This document shows, one piece after another, positions 39,226 to 48,700 of a stretch of 64,000 bases of DNA. The notes below the pieces were generated by a model, which did no database searches, was not told the DNA's origin, and saw only the letters and a list, made by a program, of their open reading frames with translations. This DNA comes from a virus (lineage: Duplodnaviria; Caudoviricetes), in IMG/VR virus record IMGVR_UViG_3300018495_000088, positions 32,001 through 96,000 of that record, one strand, 5' to 3'. Every line of letters begins with the position of its first letter. Within the stretch, counting starts at the first letter, position 1. The position numbers and the translations under genes are program-made.

Positions 39226-40434
39226 ATGGCTAAAAAAATGCTTTTAACCATAGATGGCACCTATAGAAATATAAAAAAAGCCTACATTACTGTGAACGGT
39301 GTTTATCATAAAGTGAAAAAGGCATTTATTACTGTAGGCGGTGTTTATCACCCCGTATGGAACGCCAATCCTACCTCTGAACCCACTTATTGGGGCACTT
39401 CAGAGAATTTATATGCCCCAGTAAGTCAGCTAGCAGCAACTTCTGTTGGTAATTACGCCTTATTTGGTGGAGGGTATGATCCTAGCCTTGATAACAATGA
39501 AGCTTTCTCAAGATGTGAGGGCTATAGTTCATCACTTACACATACAAGCCTAACGCCTTTGAATGCGACATCATATTCGGCTCTTAGGCTCGCTGCAACT
39601 ACTGTTGGAGGATATGCCATATTCGGTGGTGGCGAGAGCGATACGCTCGATACTCTTGATTTGATAAATGACTTTGCAAATAATCACATAACGGCATACA
39701 ATACTTCATTGACAGACCAAGGTACTCTAACTAATAGTAGACTTGGTGTTGAAGCCTCTAGGTTGGCGGCTACGACGGTTGGCAATTATGCTTTGTTCGG
39801 AGGCGGATATAATAAATGGCACGTATTTGAAAATTGGCAATATAAAACCAAGGAAGCCTGGCAAAATCATGTGACGGCATATAATTCCTCACTGACAAAA
39901 TCTGTGCCAGGCGGATTAAACTTGGGAAGACGCGGTTTGGCTGCAACAACTGTTGGAAATTATGCTTTATTTGGTGGTGGAATTCAAAGCGGTACAACCA
40001 GTAGTATTGTTGATACATATAACACATCTTTGACCAAAGGAACGGCAACTTCTTTGTCCGTACCAAGAGATGACTTAACCGCTACGACAGTTGGTGGATA
40101 TGCAATTTTCGCGGGAGGTTGGAATGATGGCGACGTGAATACGGTTGATGCATATAATACGTCTTTAACAAGGGTGTCCTGCTCACCGCTGCAAACTGCT
40201 CGTGATAAACTTAATTCAACTACCTTGGGCGATTTCGCATTCATTGGATGTAGTGAAGCAACTACAAATATTGATGTGTATGACAAAAATTTGACAAAAG
40301 TATTTATTTTACAAACACTGCAAGCAAGATGTTTTTACGGGGCGGCCACAATTGGCAACTATGCTTTGTTCGGTGGTGGCGACGTAACGGGTATCGGCGT
40401 GACCGCAAGAGTCGACGTTTTTACTATAGTTTAA
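39226..40434 (+). CDS. Kelch-like beta-propeller protein (putative receptor-binding tip)
   Basis: About seven LAATTVGNYALFGGG repeats; N-terminal KKAYITVNGV repeats. Confidence 0.85.
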   Translation: MAKKMLLTIDGTYRNIKKAYITVNGVYHKVKKAFITVGGVYHPVWNANPTSEPTYWGTSENLYAPVSQLAATSVGNYALFGGGYDPSLDNNEAFSRCEGYSSSLTHTSLTPLNATSYSALRLAATTVGGYAIFGGGESDTLDTLDLINDFANNHITAYNTSLTDQGTLTNSRLGVEASRLAATTVGNYALFGGGYNKWHVFENWQYKTKEAWQNHVTAYNSSLTKSVPGGLNLGRRGLAATTVGNYALFGGGIQSGTTSSIVDTYNTSLTKGTATSLSVPRDDLTATTVGGYAIFAGGWNDGDVNTVDAYNTSLTRVSCSPLQTARDKLNSTTLGDFAFIGCSEATTNIDVYDKNLTKVFILQTLQARCFYGAATIGNYALFGGGDVTGIGVTARVDVFTIV

Positions 40435-40457
40435 CTTATTAAAAAGGAGATAACAAA

Positions 40458-40889
40458 ATGAAAAAATATGCAATTTGGAATAAAACCGATCCAATTATTA
40501 CGCCTATTGGTGAAGTATTAACAGCAGAACAATGGATTGACAGATATCCTGTTGCAGGCGTAGAATCTATTACAGTGTTATGCGCTGCAGGTGAAATTAA
40601 TGGTGCATTTTTTGGAACTTTAGGTCAGGTCGTCGAAGCCTACGAAGACCAAGGTTGCGATTTTTCTGAATGTACCACGCCAGAGGAAAAATTAGCAACA
40701 ATCGAGGCTTTTGATGATGCTAAAGCGGCAGAAAAGATTGCGGCACAAGTAGCTTCTCAGGAGGCGGCCAAGGTGGCGGCCGAAGAAGAGAGAGCCAATG
40801 CTGAATTAACAGCTATGTCTCTTGCAAGTATCGCAGCTAGTATGGAGTATCAGAACATGTTAACACTTGATGATGCTGAGGAGGTGTAA
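40458..40889 (+). CDS. Fibre assembly protein (XkdW-like position)
   Basis: SD AAAGGAG; C-terminal helix; precedes xkdX. Confidence 0.6.
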   Translation: MKKYAIWNKTDPIITPIGEVLTAEQWIDRYPVAGVESITVLCAAGEINGAFFGTLGQVVEAYEDQGCDFSECTTPEEKLATIEAFDDAKAAEKIAAQVASQEAAKVAAEEERANAELTAMSLASIAASMEYQNMLTLDDAEEV

Positions 40890-40891
40890 TC

Positions 40892-41023
40892 ATGAATTAC
40901 GAAAGAGTAAAGTATTACTACGAAGCAGGTCTTTGGAGTCTTCCTATGGTGAAAATGGCCGTTCGTAAGGGTGTTATTACTAGAGAGCAGTATAAAGAAA
41001 TTACAGGAGTAGAATATAAGTAA
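40892..41023 (+). CDS. xkdX: XkdX family protein (absent from ORF track)
   Basis: MNYERVKYYYEAGLWSLPMVKMAVRKGVITREQYKEITGVEYK*; SD GGAGGTG. Confidence 0.85.
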   Translation: MNYERVKYYYEAGLWSLPMVKMAVRKGVITREQYKEITGVEYK

Positions 41024-41038
41024 TTCTATCCAAACTAT

Positions 41039-41072
41039 AAACCCATAGAGTAACCCTCTATGGGTTTCTTTT
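41039..41072 (+). terminator. Rho-independent terminator
   Basis: AAACCCATAGAG-TAACC-CTCTATGGGTTT followed by CTTTT. Confidence 0.8.
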
Positions 41073-41092
41073 AAGAAAGGAGTTGATACAAA

Positions 41093-43933
41093 ATGGCAAA
41101 AAAATATCTTGTACAACACCGCAGAGGCACCATTCAAGAATGGGAAAACGATGCCATTGTCCCACTTGAGGGTGAGATTGTCATTGAAATTGATTACATC
41201 AACTCATTGCACAAACTCAAAATTGGTGACGGTGTGCATTCATATGCGGAGTTAAAATATTTACAAGCAGGCGGAGATCCTGTTATTCAAGAATTAATTA
41301 AAATTTTGCCCCGTGTTGTTACGGTCACATTGGATGTAAACCGATGGGCAAAGAACGAAAATAGTTCAGCTTGTTTCAGTCAGACCGTGGCGTTAGATAA
41401 AATAACCTCGCGTAGCCGACTAGACTTGCAACCAGACACAGATATGCTTAATGAATTTAAAGAACTGGGCGTATCTTTCGTAACTGAAAATCAAAATGGC
41501 ACTCTTTGGGTGCACTCGGTCGGAGCTAAGCCGACCACTACATATATAATGCAGGCTACAATTGTCGAAACTGAAGTAGAGGTAGAGCTTGAGAAGATAG
41601 TCGGTACGCCGATTGGAGTTACAAATCCTCATAAGCAACCCGACTGGAACCAAGCCGATCCTACACAGCTAGACTTTATATATAATAAACCTATCTTTGG
41701 CGGATTTGCGTTCAAAGATGTGATAACTTGGGCAGATCTCCCAGAGGATGTTCGGGCGGCTTTAGATAAAGCTAATTCAGCGTTGCAGCCTTACACGGAG
41801 TCTGACCCGACCGTGCCCGCTTGGGCGAAGAATCCTACCAAGCCCACATACGCTGTTAATGAAATTGCTGGAGCTCTCGCATATACTCGGCAAGAGCTTA
41901 CCGAGGAGCAGAAAGCACAGGTGCGTTCTAATATCGGCGCAGGCGCGAGCAGTTTCTCTGGTGATTATAATGATTTGATTAATAAACCTTTTATTCCCTC
42001 CGTAGATGGATTAGTGACAAGGGAATATGTCGATGAAGAGCTTAGTTATAAGGTGGATAAAGTTTCGGGTAAAGGATTGTCTACGAATGACTTCACAAAT
42101 GCCTATAAGAAGAAAATAGATTCGGCATTACAGTCGTATACCGAGTCTGATCCCACCGTTCCCTCTTGGGCAAAAGCTTCGGAAAAACCTACATATACGG
42201 CAAATGAGGTGGGAGCAATTTCGTATAATACCGCCCAGAATTTAACTGAGGCTCAAAAGGCCCAAGCAAGAGCTAATCTCGGCACGACTATTGGAACTCC
42301 CGCGCCTCCAGGTGAGGATGGATACTCTCCGAGCGCAAAGGTAATAAAGACTGGGAAAACTGCAACTATAACAATCACCGATAAAACAGGCACCACAACA
42401 GCAAGTGTAAGTGACGGTGCAGATGGTGTAGATGGTGCAGACGGTACTTCCGTAGCCATTGAAAGTATTACCGAAAGTGACGTGGACGGCGGATTAAATG
42501 TTGTAACTTTCTCAGATGGCAAGACGCTGACAATTAAAAATGGTTCTAGCGGCGTGGGCTCCGATGGTAACGATGGCGAGAACGGTATAAGTCCTACGGT
42601 TGCGGTTAGCAAAATAGGAACCACAACTACTATTGCTATCACAGATGTTAACGGCACTCAAACAGCGACTATTAACGACGGTGAAAAAGGAGAGGACGGA
42701 CAATCATGTACTCACTCTTGGAATGGTACGACTCTTACTGTAACATCTGCAAGCGGAACATCCTCTGCAAATCTTAAGGGAGAGAGCGGTACATCTGTTG
42801 TCGTTAGCAACGTCTCTACTTCTTCTGTGGATGGTGGATCTAATGTTGTAACATTTTCAGATGGCAATACTTTGACTATTAAGAATGGACAAAGAGGATC
42901 CGATGGTTCATCTATTTCTATCTCATCGATTGAAGAGGTTGGTGGCTATCAAGAGGGAAAAGTCATTCTTGGTGTAGAAAAAATAACTTCCGATACCTAT
43001 GCGAATGGAGTTACCTATGTAGACGAAAAGTTTATTCTACTTGACATCTATCCGAAACCCAACGGTACGGTTATGGTTACCTACGGCGGGCTAACAAAGA
43101 CGATTACTGATACAAGTGGGGCGGAAAGCCCGAGTGCACAACGAGTATTCTTCGGCACTTTCAATGGTGTCTCAGATGAAGTGATAACCCCTACATCAGG
43201 CAGATTGACGATTGAGGGTGATTATAATAGTTTTGGCTGTGGTGTCTTTTACTCTTCTGGACAAGTATCTACTGCGGGTTCTTGCGTGATAGCAGTCATA
43301 AATTGTGGACACATTAAATTTATTCCAGACAACGCATTTTCCGATTGCAAAAAGCTAACAGACATAGAAATTCCGTATGATGTAGAGATGATCGGCCATA
43401 TGGCATTTGCAAATTGTACTAGCCTTAAGAATGTAAAACTCCCTGATAGTGTGGCGCATATTGGAGTTATGGCGTTCTGTAATTGCACAAGCCTATCAAG
43501 TATTGTAATTCCAGCCAGCGTAACAATTATTGAGATGTTCGCTTTTGTTCTTGATTCAGGTTATAGTAGAACTGTTTTTATGAAATCTACCATTCCCCCG
43601 ACTTTTCCTGATGGGGAATTTGGTCAGTTTGCCACAGATGGTACACATAAAATTGTAGTACCTTATGGTTACGCCGAAATATATAAAACCACAAGTGATT
43701 GGAGCGGATATGCGAACTACATCATTGAAGGTGATACTAATAATATTTTTGCCGAAGACGATGGTAGTGCTAATATCATAACATTTTCTGATGGTAAAAC
43801 TTTGACTATTAAGAATGGTACAAAAGGATCTACTCCTATTAGGGGCGTAGATTATTATACCGAGGCAGATAAACAAGAAATGATTAATCTTGTTCTTGCC
43901 GCACTTCCTGAGTGGAAGGGAGGTAGTTACTAA
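41093..43933 (+). CDS. Fibre with Mtd_N-like N-terminus, collagen-like triplets and BspA-type LRR domain
   Basis: QHRRGT..W...GE...KIGDG; GxDG triplets; IPDNAFSDCKKLTDIEIP / IG.MAF.NCTSL..V.LP repeats. Confidence 0.85.
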   Translation: MAKKYLVQHRRGTIQEWENDAIVPLEGEIVIEIDYINSLHKLKIGDGVHSYAELKYLQAGGDPVIQELIKILPRVVTVTLDVNRWAKNENSSACFSQTVALDKITSRSRLDLQPDTDMLNEFKELGVSFVTENQNGTLWVHSVGAKPTTTYIMQATIVETEVEVELEKIVGTPIGVTNPHKQPDWNQADPTQLDFIYNKPIFGGFAFKDVITWADLPEDVRAALDKANSALQPYTESDPTVPAWAKNPTKPTYAVNEIAGALAYTRQELTEEQKAQVRSNIGAGASSFSGDYNDLINKPFIPSVDGLVTREYVDEELSYKVDKVSGKGLSTNDFTNAYKKKIDSALQSYTESDPTVPSWAKASEKPTYTANEVGAISYNTAQNLTEAQKAQARANLGTTIGTPAPPGEDGYSPSAKVIKTGKTATITITDKTGTTTASVSDGADGVDGADGTSVAIESITESDVDGGLNVVTFSDGKTLTIKNGSSGVGSDGNDGENGISPTVAVSKIGTTTTIAITDVNGTQTATINDGEKGEDGQSCTHSWNGTTLTVTSASGTSSANLKGESGTSVVVSNVSTSSVDGGSNVVTFSDGNTLTIKNGQRGSDGSSISISSIEEVGGYQEGKVILGVEKITSDTYANGVTYVDEKFILLDIYPKPNGTVMVTYGGLTKTITDTSGAESPSAQRVFFGTFNGVSDEVITPTSGRLTIEGDYNSFGCGVFYSSGQVSTAGSCVIAVINCGHIKFIPDNAFSDCKKLTDIEIPYDVEMIGHMAFANCTSLKNVKLPDSVAHIGVMAFCNCTSLSSIVIPASVTIIEMFAFVLDSGYSRTVFMKSTIPPTFPDGEFGQFATDGTHKIVVPYGYAEIYKTTSDWSGYANYIIEGDTNNIFAEDDGSANIITFSDGKTLTIKNGTKGSTPIRGVDYYTEADKQEMINLVLAALPEWKGGSY

Positions 43934-45069
43934 TGGCATTACCTAGTGGATATACACAAATTGAATATATTCAAAGTACGGGAACGCAGTATATCGATAC
44001 AGGCGTCATCCCAAATCAAAATACTTGCATTGTTTGTAAGGGAAGACTTATTGCCAGCGATGATGATAATTATCTTTTTGGTTCAAGTGGTTTTAATAAT
44101 TCGCAACAATTTTATTTTGGAACTCATGTAAATAATTACGGAGAAAGCACACACTATTGCGGATATGGTGCAGAAGTAAAGTGGTTTCCTGATTCATATA
44201 TTACTCATGGTGCTATAACTCTTTTTACTAATTCGCAAACTTGGTTTTTCGACAGCGATTCGCTAAGCGAAACGATATCGTTTGTCCCCACAACATTCGT
44301 AGGAGCTGGAAGTATTTATCTTTTTGCTTGTAATTTCGGAGATAGTTTGGATTACCTTCAATATGGCAAAGCTACGATTTATTCATTTACTATTATTAGC
44401 AATGGCACAGTTCTTCGTGAGTTTATTCCTTGTGTTGATTTAAATGGCGTTGCGGGGATGTATGATACGATAAATGGCGAATTTTATACCGACGTGGCAG
44501 GAGGGTCTTTTATAGCGGGTGAGCCAACTGAATTTAAGGTTGTTAATTCTGCAAGACTTAACGGTGCAATAAAAGCTTCTGCTGATACCATTAGATTGAA
44601 AACTGATGGCGTAAATCAAATTTTATGGAATGAATTAACTGGGTTTGCAGATGCTATTGGATCTATTATAGCTGCAAAAGACTCTAAAATTGCTACGGGA
44701 ACAATTAAATCCGAATCGGATACTGAATTTGTTGTTAGTGGTTTAGGATTTGCGCCAACTCGAATAGCTGTGTATTTAAATGATTTAGTAGGTATTTCGG
44801 ATAGTGAATTAGAAAGTGGTTATTTTGAAGAAATACCTATTTATATGTTGCGTAATTTGTCTGGTGGGGTTTTTGGAAGTAATCTCACACAGGTGCTCTT
44901 TTTATCAATTGAATATGTAGAAGAAGTAGATGATTCGGGTGATACTTATGAGTATCCATATATTAACGGAAATTTTTATGCCAGACAGAATCAAATCACC
45001 CTCACAGAGGATGGATTTATAGTGGATATTCCAAGGAATGCACGATATGGCTATATTGCAATAGGCTGA
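43933..45069 (+). CDS. Lectin-like (ConA-fold) fibre-associated protein
   Basis: LPSGYTQIEYIQSTGTQYIDTG...REFIPC...GMYD domain; ADTIR..T...GFADAI segment. Confidence 0.75.
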   Translation: MALPSGYTQIEYIQSTGTQYIDTGVIPNQNTCIVCKGRLIASDDDNYLFGSSGFNNSQQFYFGTHVNNYGESTHYCGYGAEVKWFPDSYITHGAITLFTNSQTWFFDSDSLSETISFVPTTFVGAGSIYLFACNFGDSLDYLQYGKATIYSFTIISNGTVLREFIPCVDLNGVAGMYDTINGEFYTDVAGGSFIAGEPTEFKVVNSARLNGAIKASADTIRLKTDGVNQILWNELTGFADAIGSIIAAKDSKIATGTIKSESDTEFVVSGLGFAPTRIAVYLNDLVGISDSELESGYFEEIPIYMLRNLSGGVFGSNLTQVLFLSIEYVEEVDDSGDTYEYPYINGNFYARQNQITLTEDGFIVDIPRNARYGYIAIG

Positions 45070-45080
45070 GGTAATATATA

Positions 45081-45335
45081 ATGAAATATTATAAACAATT
45101 AAATAAAAACAATGAAGTCGTTGCCCTCTTAACTTATGATTTCGAGCCAAATATTACTGACAGCTTGATGATTAGAATAACCGCAGAAGAGTACGAAAAT
45201 ATCGACGAAGAGTGGAGAGCAAATGCAAAAATTGAAATTTCTCCCAAAGTAGTGGGGCGACGTGTAAGAGAAATGGAAAAATTTCTTAAAGCAAAGGCTT
45301 ATGATGCTGTATCAGAGCAAACAAATGAAATATAA
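45081..45335 (+). CDS. Hypothetical protein (fibre chaperone-like)
   Basis: SD GAGGT; ITAEEY motif. Confidence 0.6.
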   Translation: MKYYKQLNKNNEVVALLTYDFEPNITDSLMIRITAEEYENIDEEWRANAKIEISPKVVGRRVREMEKFLKAKAYDAVSEQTNEI

Positions 45336-45372
45336 ATAATTTTAATCAAACGATTATGAAAGGAGCGATAAT

Positions 45373-45762
45373 ATGATTCGGGGAGCAACTACATGTTTTA
45401 AATTCGAGCTACCATATGAATTTGAACAAATTTACTCGGTTAAAATTATGTTTTGGCAAGACCACAATGATGGCCCTTCGGAGAGCCGCCCTTTGCCAAT
45501 TATTAAAACAAAATCTCATTGTTTCCAAACGGCTAGAAATGAGTTAGCCGTTAATTTAACACCCGAGGAAACGCTGAGATTCTCCGATGAGCGAAAGGCG
45601 TATCGTCAGTTATCTGCGGTGGCGGCTGATGGATCGAGATTTTTGAGCCATGAGGAAATGTTTACAGTTTATCCTGCAAAAGATGAAATTGTGGATGACG
45701 ATGATATTATTCTCCCGCCTGAAGACGATGGATTCATTATTTTAGATGGTGGTCGTATTTAA
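45373..45762 (+). CDS. BppU-like adaptor protein
   Basis: MIRGATT..F...V.LT.EETL.F pattern; ends ILDGGRI. Confidence 0.6.
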   Translation: MIRGATTCFKFELPYEFEQIYSVKIMFWQDHNDGPSESRPLPIIKTKSHCFQTARNELAVNLTPEETLRFSDERKAYRQLSAVAADGSRFLSHEEMFTVYPAKDEIVDDDDIILPPEDDGFIILDGGRI

Positions 45763-45774
45763 AAGGAGGCAAAA

Positions 45775-48700
45775 ATGATGATAGATGAAACACAAGATAT
45801 TATAGTGGTTAACGAGCCTTCTTATGTTGAAGAAACAACAAAGGTGGAATTGCCCGACCCAATTGTCACTAAGACAGAAGAAGCTTTTCCACCTTTGGGT
45901 ATACCTAATGAGCAGTTAAAGCATACGCTTTTAACAGAACTTGAGGTAGATGACCAGCATCCGATAGAGGCAGTCACGGGACTGAGGACAGCTATTGACG
46001 AGATTAATTCTTTAAAGTCTATTTATTCGGACGGCACGGGAACTGCTGATTACTATGAATGGGCTGGCGATCCTCGTGATGCTGTAGGTTATTTTGTTAG
46101 TCTTGTGCCTCATAGCTCAATGATTAAGATTTGTAATGGCAAAAACATCTTTGGTGTTACCGTAGATAGGGCTGGTTTTATTGGACACGAGGGATTCGTG
46201 GAGGTTGAGCAACGTGATGGAGTTACAAGAAAAGTACGCGTCGGGCGTGACGAGCAGTACGCCCTTGTTGCGACTTCTGGCTTCGTTGAGGTAAGATGCG
46301 AGGTTGATGTTGCAGAGGGCGATTATGTTATCTCAAATGAATTCGGCAAGGCACAAAAGGCGAGATCTGAATACGGATATAAGGTTATTGACTTAGAAAC
46401 CAAGCACGACATTAAGTATGCGGTTATAGCGCTGGGTGTTCAGGCTGATATTACCGAAGATATTGGGCGCGATTTAATGGATTTAAACGAGCGCATGAGT
46501 GACGCCGAAAAGAATATTACATCTTTGGCGGCGGCATTGGAGGACAATACTGACGAGATAGATGAGCTCAAAGAAGACGTTTCTCAGCTCCAAGAGCTCG
46601 ACACTCAAGTGAAAAATGCGGCGTTAACTGCAGCTCAAGCAAAAGCTATTGCTGCAAGTGCAGTTGCTAGCGCTGAAACTTGGCGTAATGAAGCCGTAGA
46701 AGAAGCAAATAAGGCGTTTTCTGAGGCAGTTAAAGTAAGAGAAGAATTTGAAAAAGAAACATCCGATATGAAGAAGGGTCTGGAGACTGCCTCTTTAGAA
46801 CTTCAAGAAGCCAAAGAGGATTTGTGGCGAGAACAAGGTAAAATGCAGAATAGCCTTAATGATGTAGACGACTATTTTAGAGGTATGCGCCACGATTTAA
46901 TTCCCTTGTATTCTTGGAGCGGAGAAGAAGGAGAATCTATTGCTGGATTTGTAAGCCAGGCGGATGCCGACAGAGCAGTTCTGGGCGGGATCGTTGAATG
47001 GAAAAATGGCGAGGGTGTAAACTCACTGGCTGGTTATGTTGCAGAAGCAACGGGTGAATACGCTACAGTAAAAGAGTTAGCCGAATATAAATTTAAAGAT
47101 GAGACAGGCAAAGAGTATACGGCTACTGCTGCATTGGATGCATATGCCAAAGCAAATGAGGCGGCAATTAATGCAATAGTAGGCATCGATGGCAGTCTTG
47201 CTGGACTTACAAGTAGGGTTGATAAGAATACTTCGTCCGTTACAACTCTAGCTTCGCATATCATTGGTGATTATGTTTCTATTGGAGCCTGGGACGAAAA
47301 GAAGGCTGAAGTTGGTAATATTTATTATGGAACTGTTGACGATAGAATTGTATATTATTATCACAATGGCACAGAGTGGAAGTCAGCGGCAAGCATAGCT
47401 TCGATTACCTCCATAGATAAAAGTCTTGTTTATTATGTACCTAGTAATAAATTATATTACTATTATAAAGATGGAACTTGGCAAAGTACTGAGAAATCCT
47501 ACGAGGCAGGTCTCGGTGGCTCTATCGCGGGTGTTCAACAGACTGCTGACGAGAATAGTGCTAAGATTGAGATGATTACTAGTCTTGAGGGCGAATTCGG
47601 AGAAGCCATAGCTGGACTTGTTACTGTAAGTGGCGAAGACAGAGCCGAGCTCGATGCTTTGGCTCAGTATGGCTATATAGACGAAAATGGAGAAAAACAT
47701 TGCGGTGCCGCAGGCATTATGGCTGAGGTTGATAAAAACAAAGCAGCCATTGAAGCGATTGCGGGCATAGATGGTGATATTGCAGGATTTAAAGCACAAG
47801 TAGATAAGAACTCTTCTTATGCTACTATGCTCGCAGAAAGAGTTATGGGAACATGTGTTACCATTCCTTTAACTAATGATAGCTTAAGTAAAGACACCTC
47901 GACTGTATATTATGACAGTTCGGCAAATTTATATTGGTATTATGCTGGTGGAAAATGGAATAGTACTTCGAACTGGGGCACGATTGCAAGTGCCGCTTTG
48001 AGCACTAGCGAGGTTTACTATGTTGTTGGTTCAAAGCTGTATTGGTATTATAAAGATGGTACCTGGAAGAGTAATACAAGTGCTTATGATGCTGGTCTGT
48101 CCGCTACAATTGGTGGCATTCAGGTTGAGACCGACGAGAACTCAGCTAAGATCGATCAATTGACTTCTTGGCAAGGAGATACGAATAGTTCTCTTACACT
48201 TATTAGACAAAAGTCAGATGCTAATGGAGCTTCTATTCAGCTTTTGGCGGCTAATATTGATAAGCATAGCGTTGGCGAACGTTCACAGGCTAATGGGTTT
48301 ACACTAGAACAAGCCATAGACATATTAGAGCCAGGTGCGGTTTATGTGCCCACAATCGATCATACTGAGACGTATACAAAGTCTGACGGCAGTGTGGTCA
48401 CTTATTCTTTTACTAAAGGCAACTCGTATGAATGGGTTGATACTGGCACATGGAATGAATCTATTGGAAAGGTTATCTTTTTTGCTACCCCTCCTGCGGG
48501 AACTGCTTATGAATTTTGGTATAAAAATAGTGCTTCCTCTGATGGTTATGAGGGATACACATTATATAAACCTGACTCGTCCCAAAACTGGGTTTCCGTA
48601 GCTTCTCTTAAGGGTAGTGCTAGTAACAGAGCGGTCAGTCAAATTAGACAGGATGCAAATAGTATTGCGCTCGAAGTAACTAACGCCCGAGGCAGTGCTG

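Noticed and set aside
39430-40385. CRISPR-like periodic repeats
   Set aside because: These are degenerate coding repeats of Kelch blades, not identical repeats with unique spacers.
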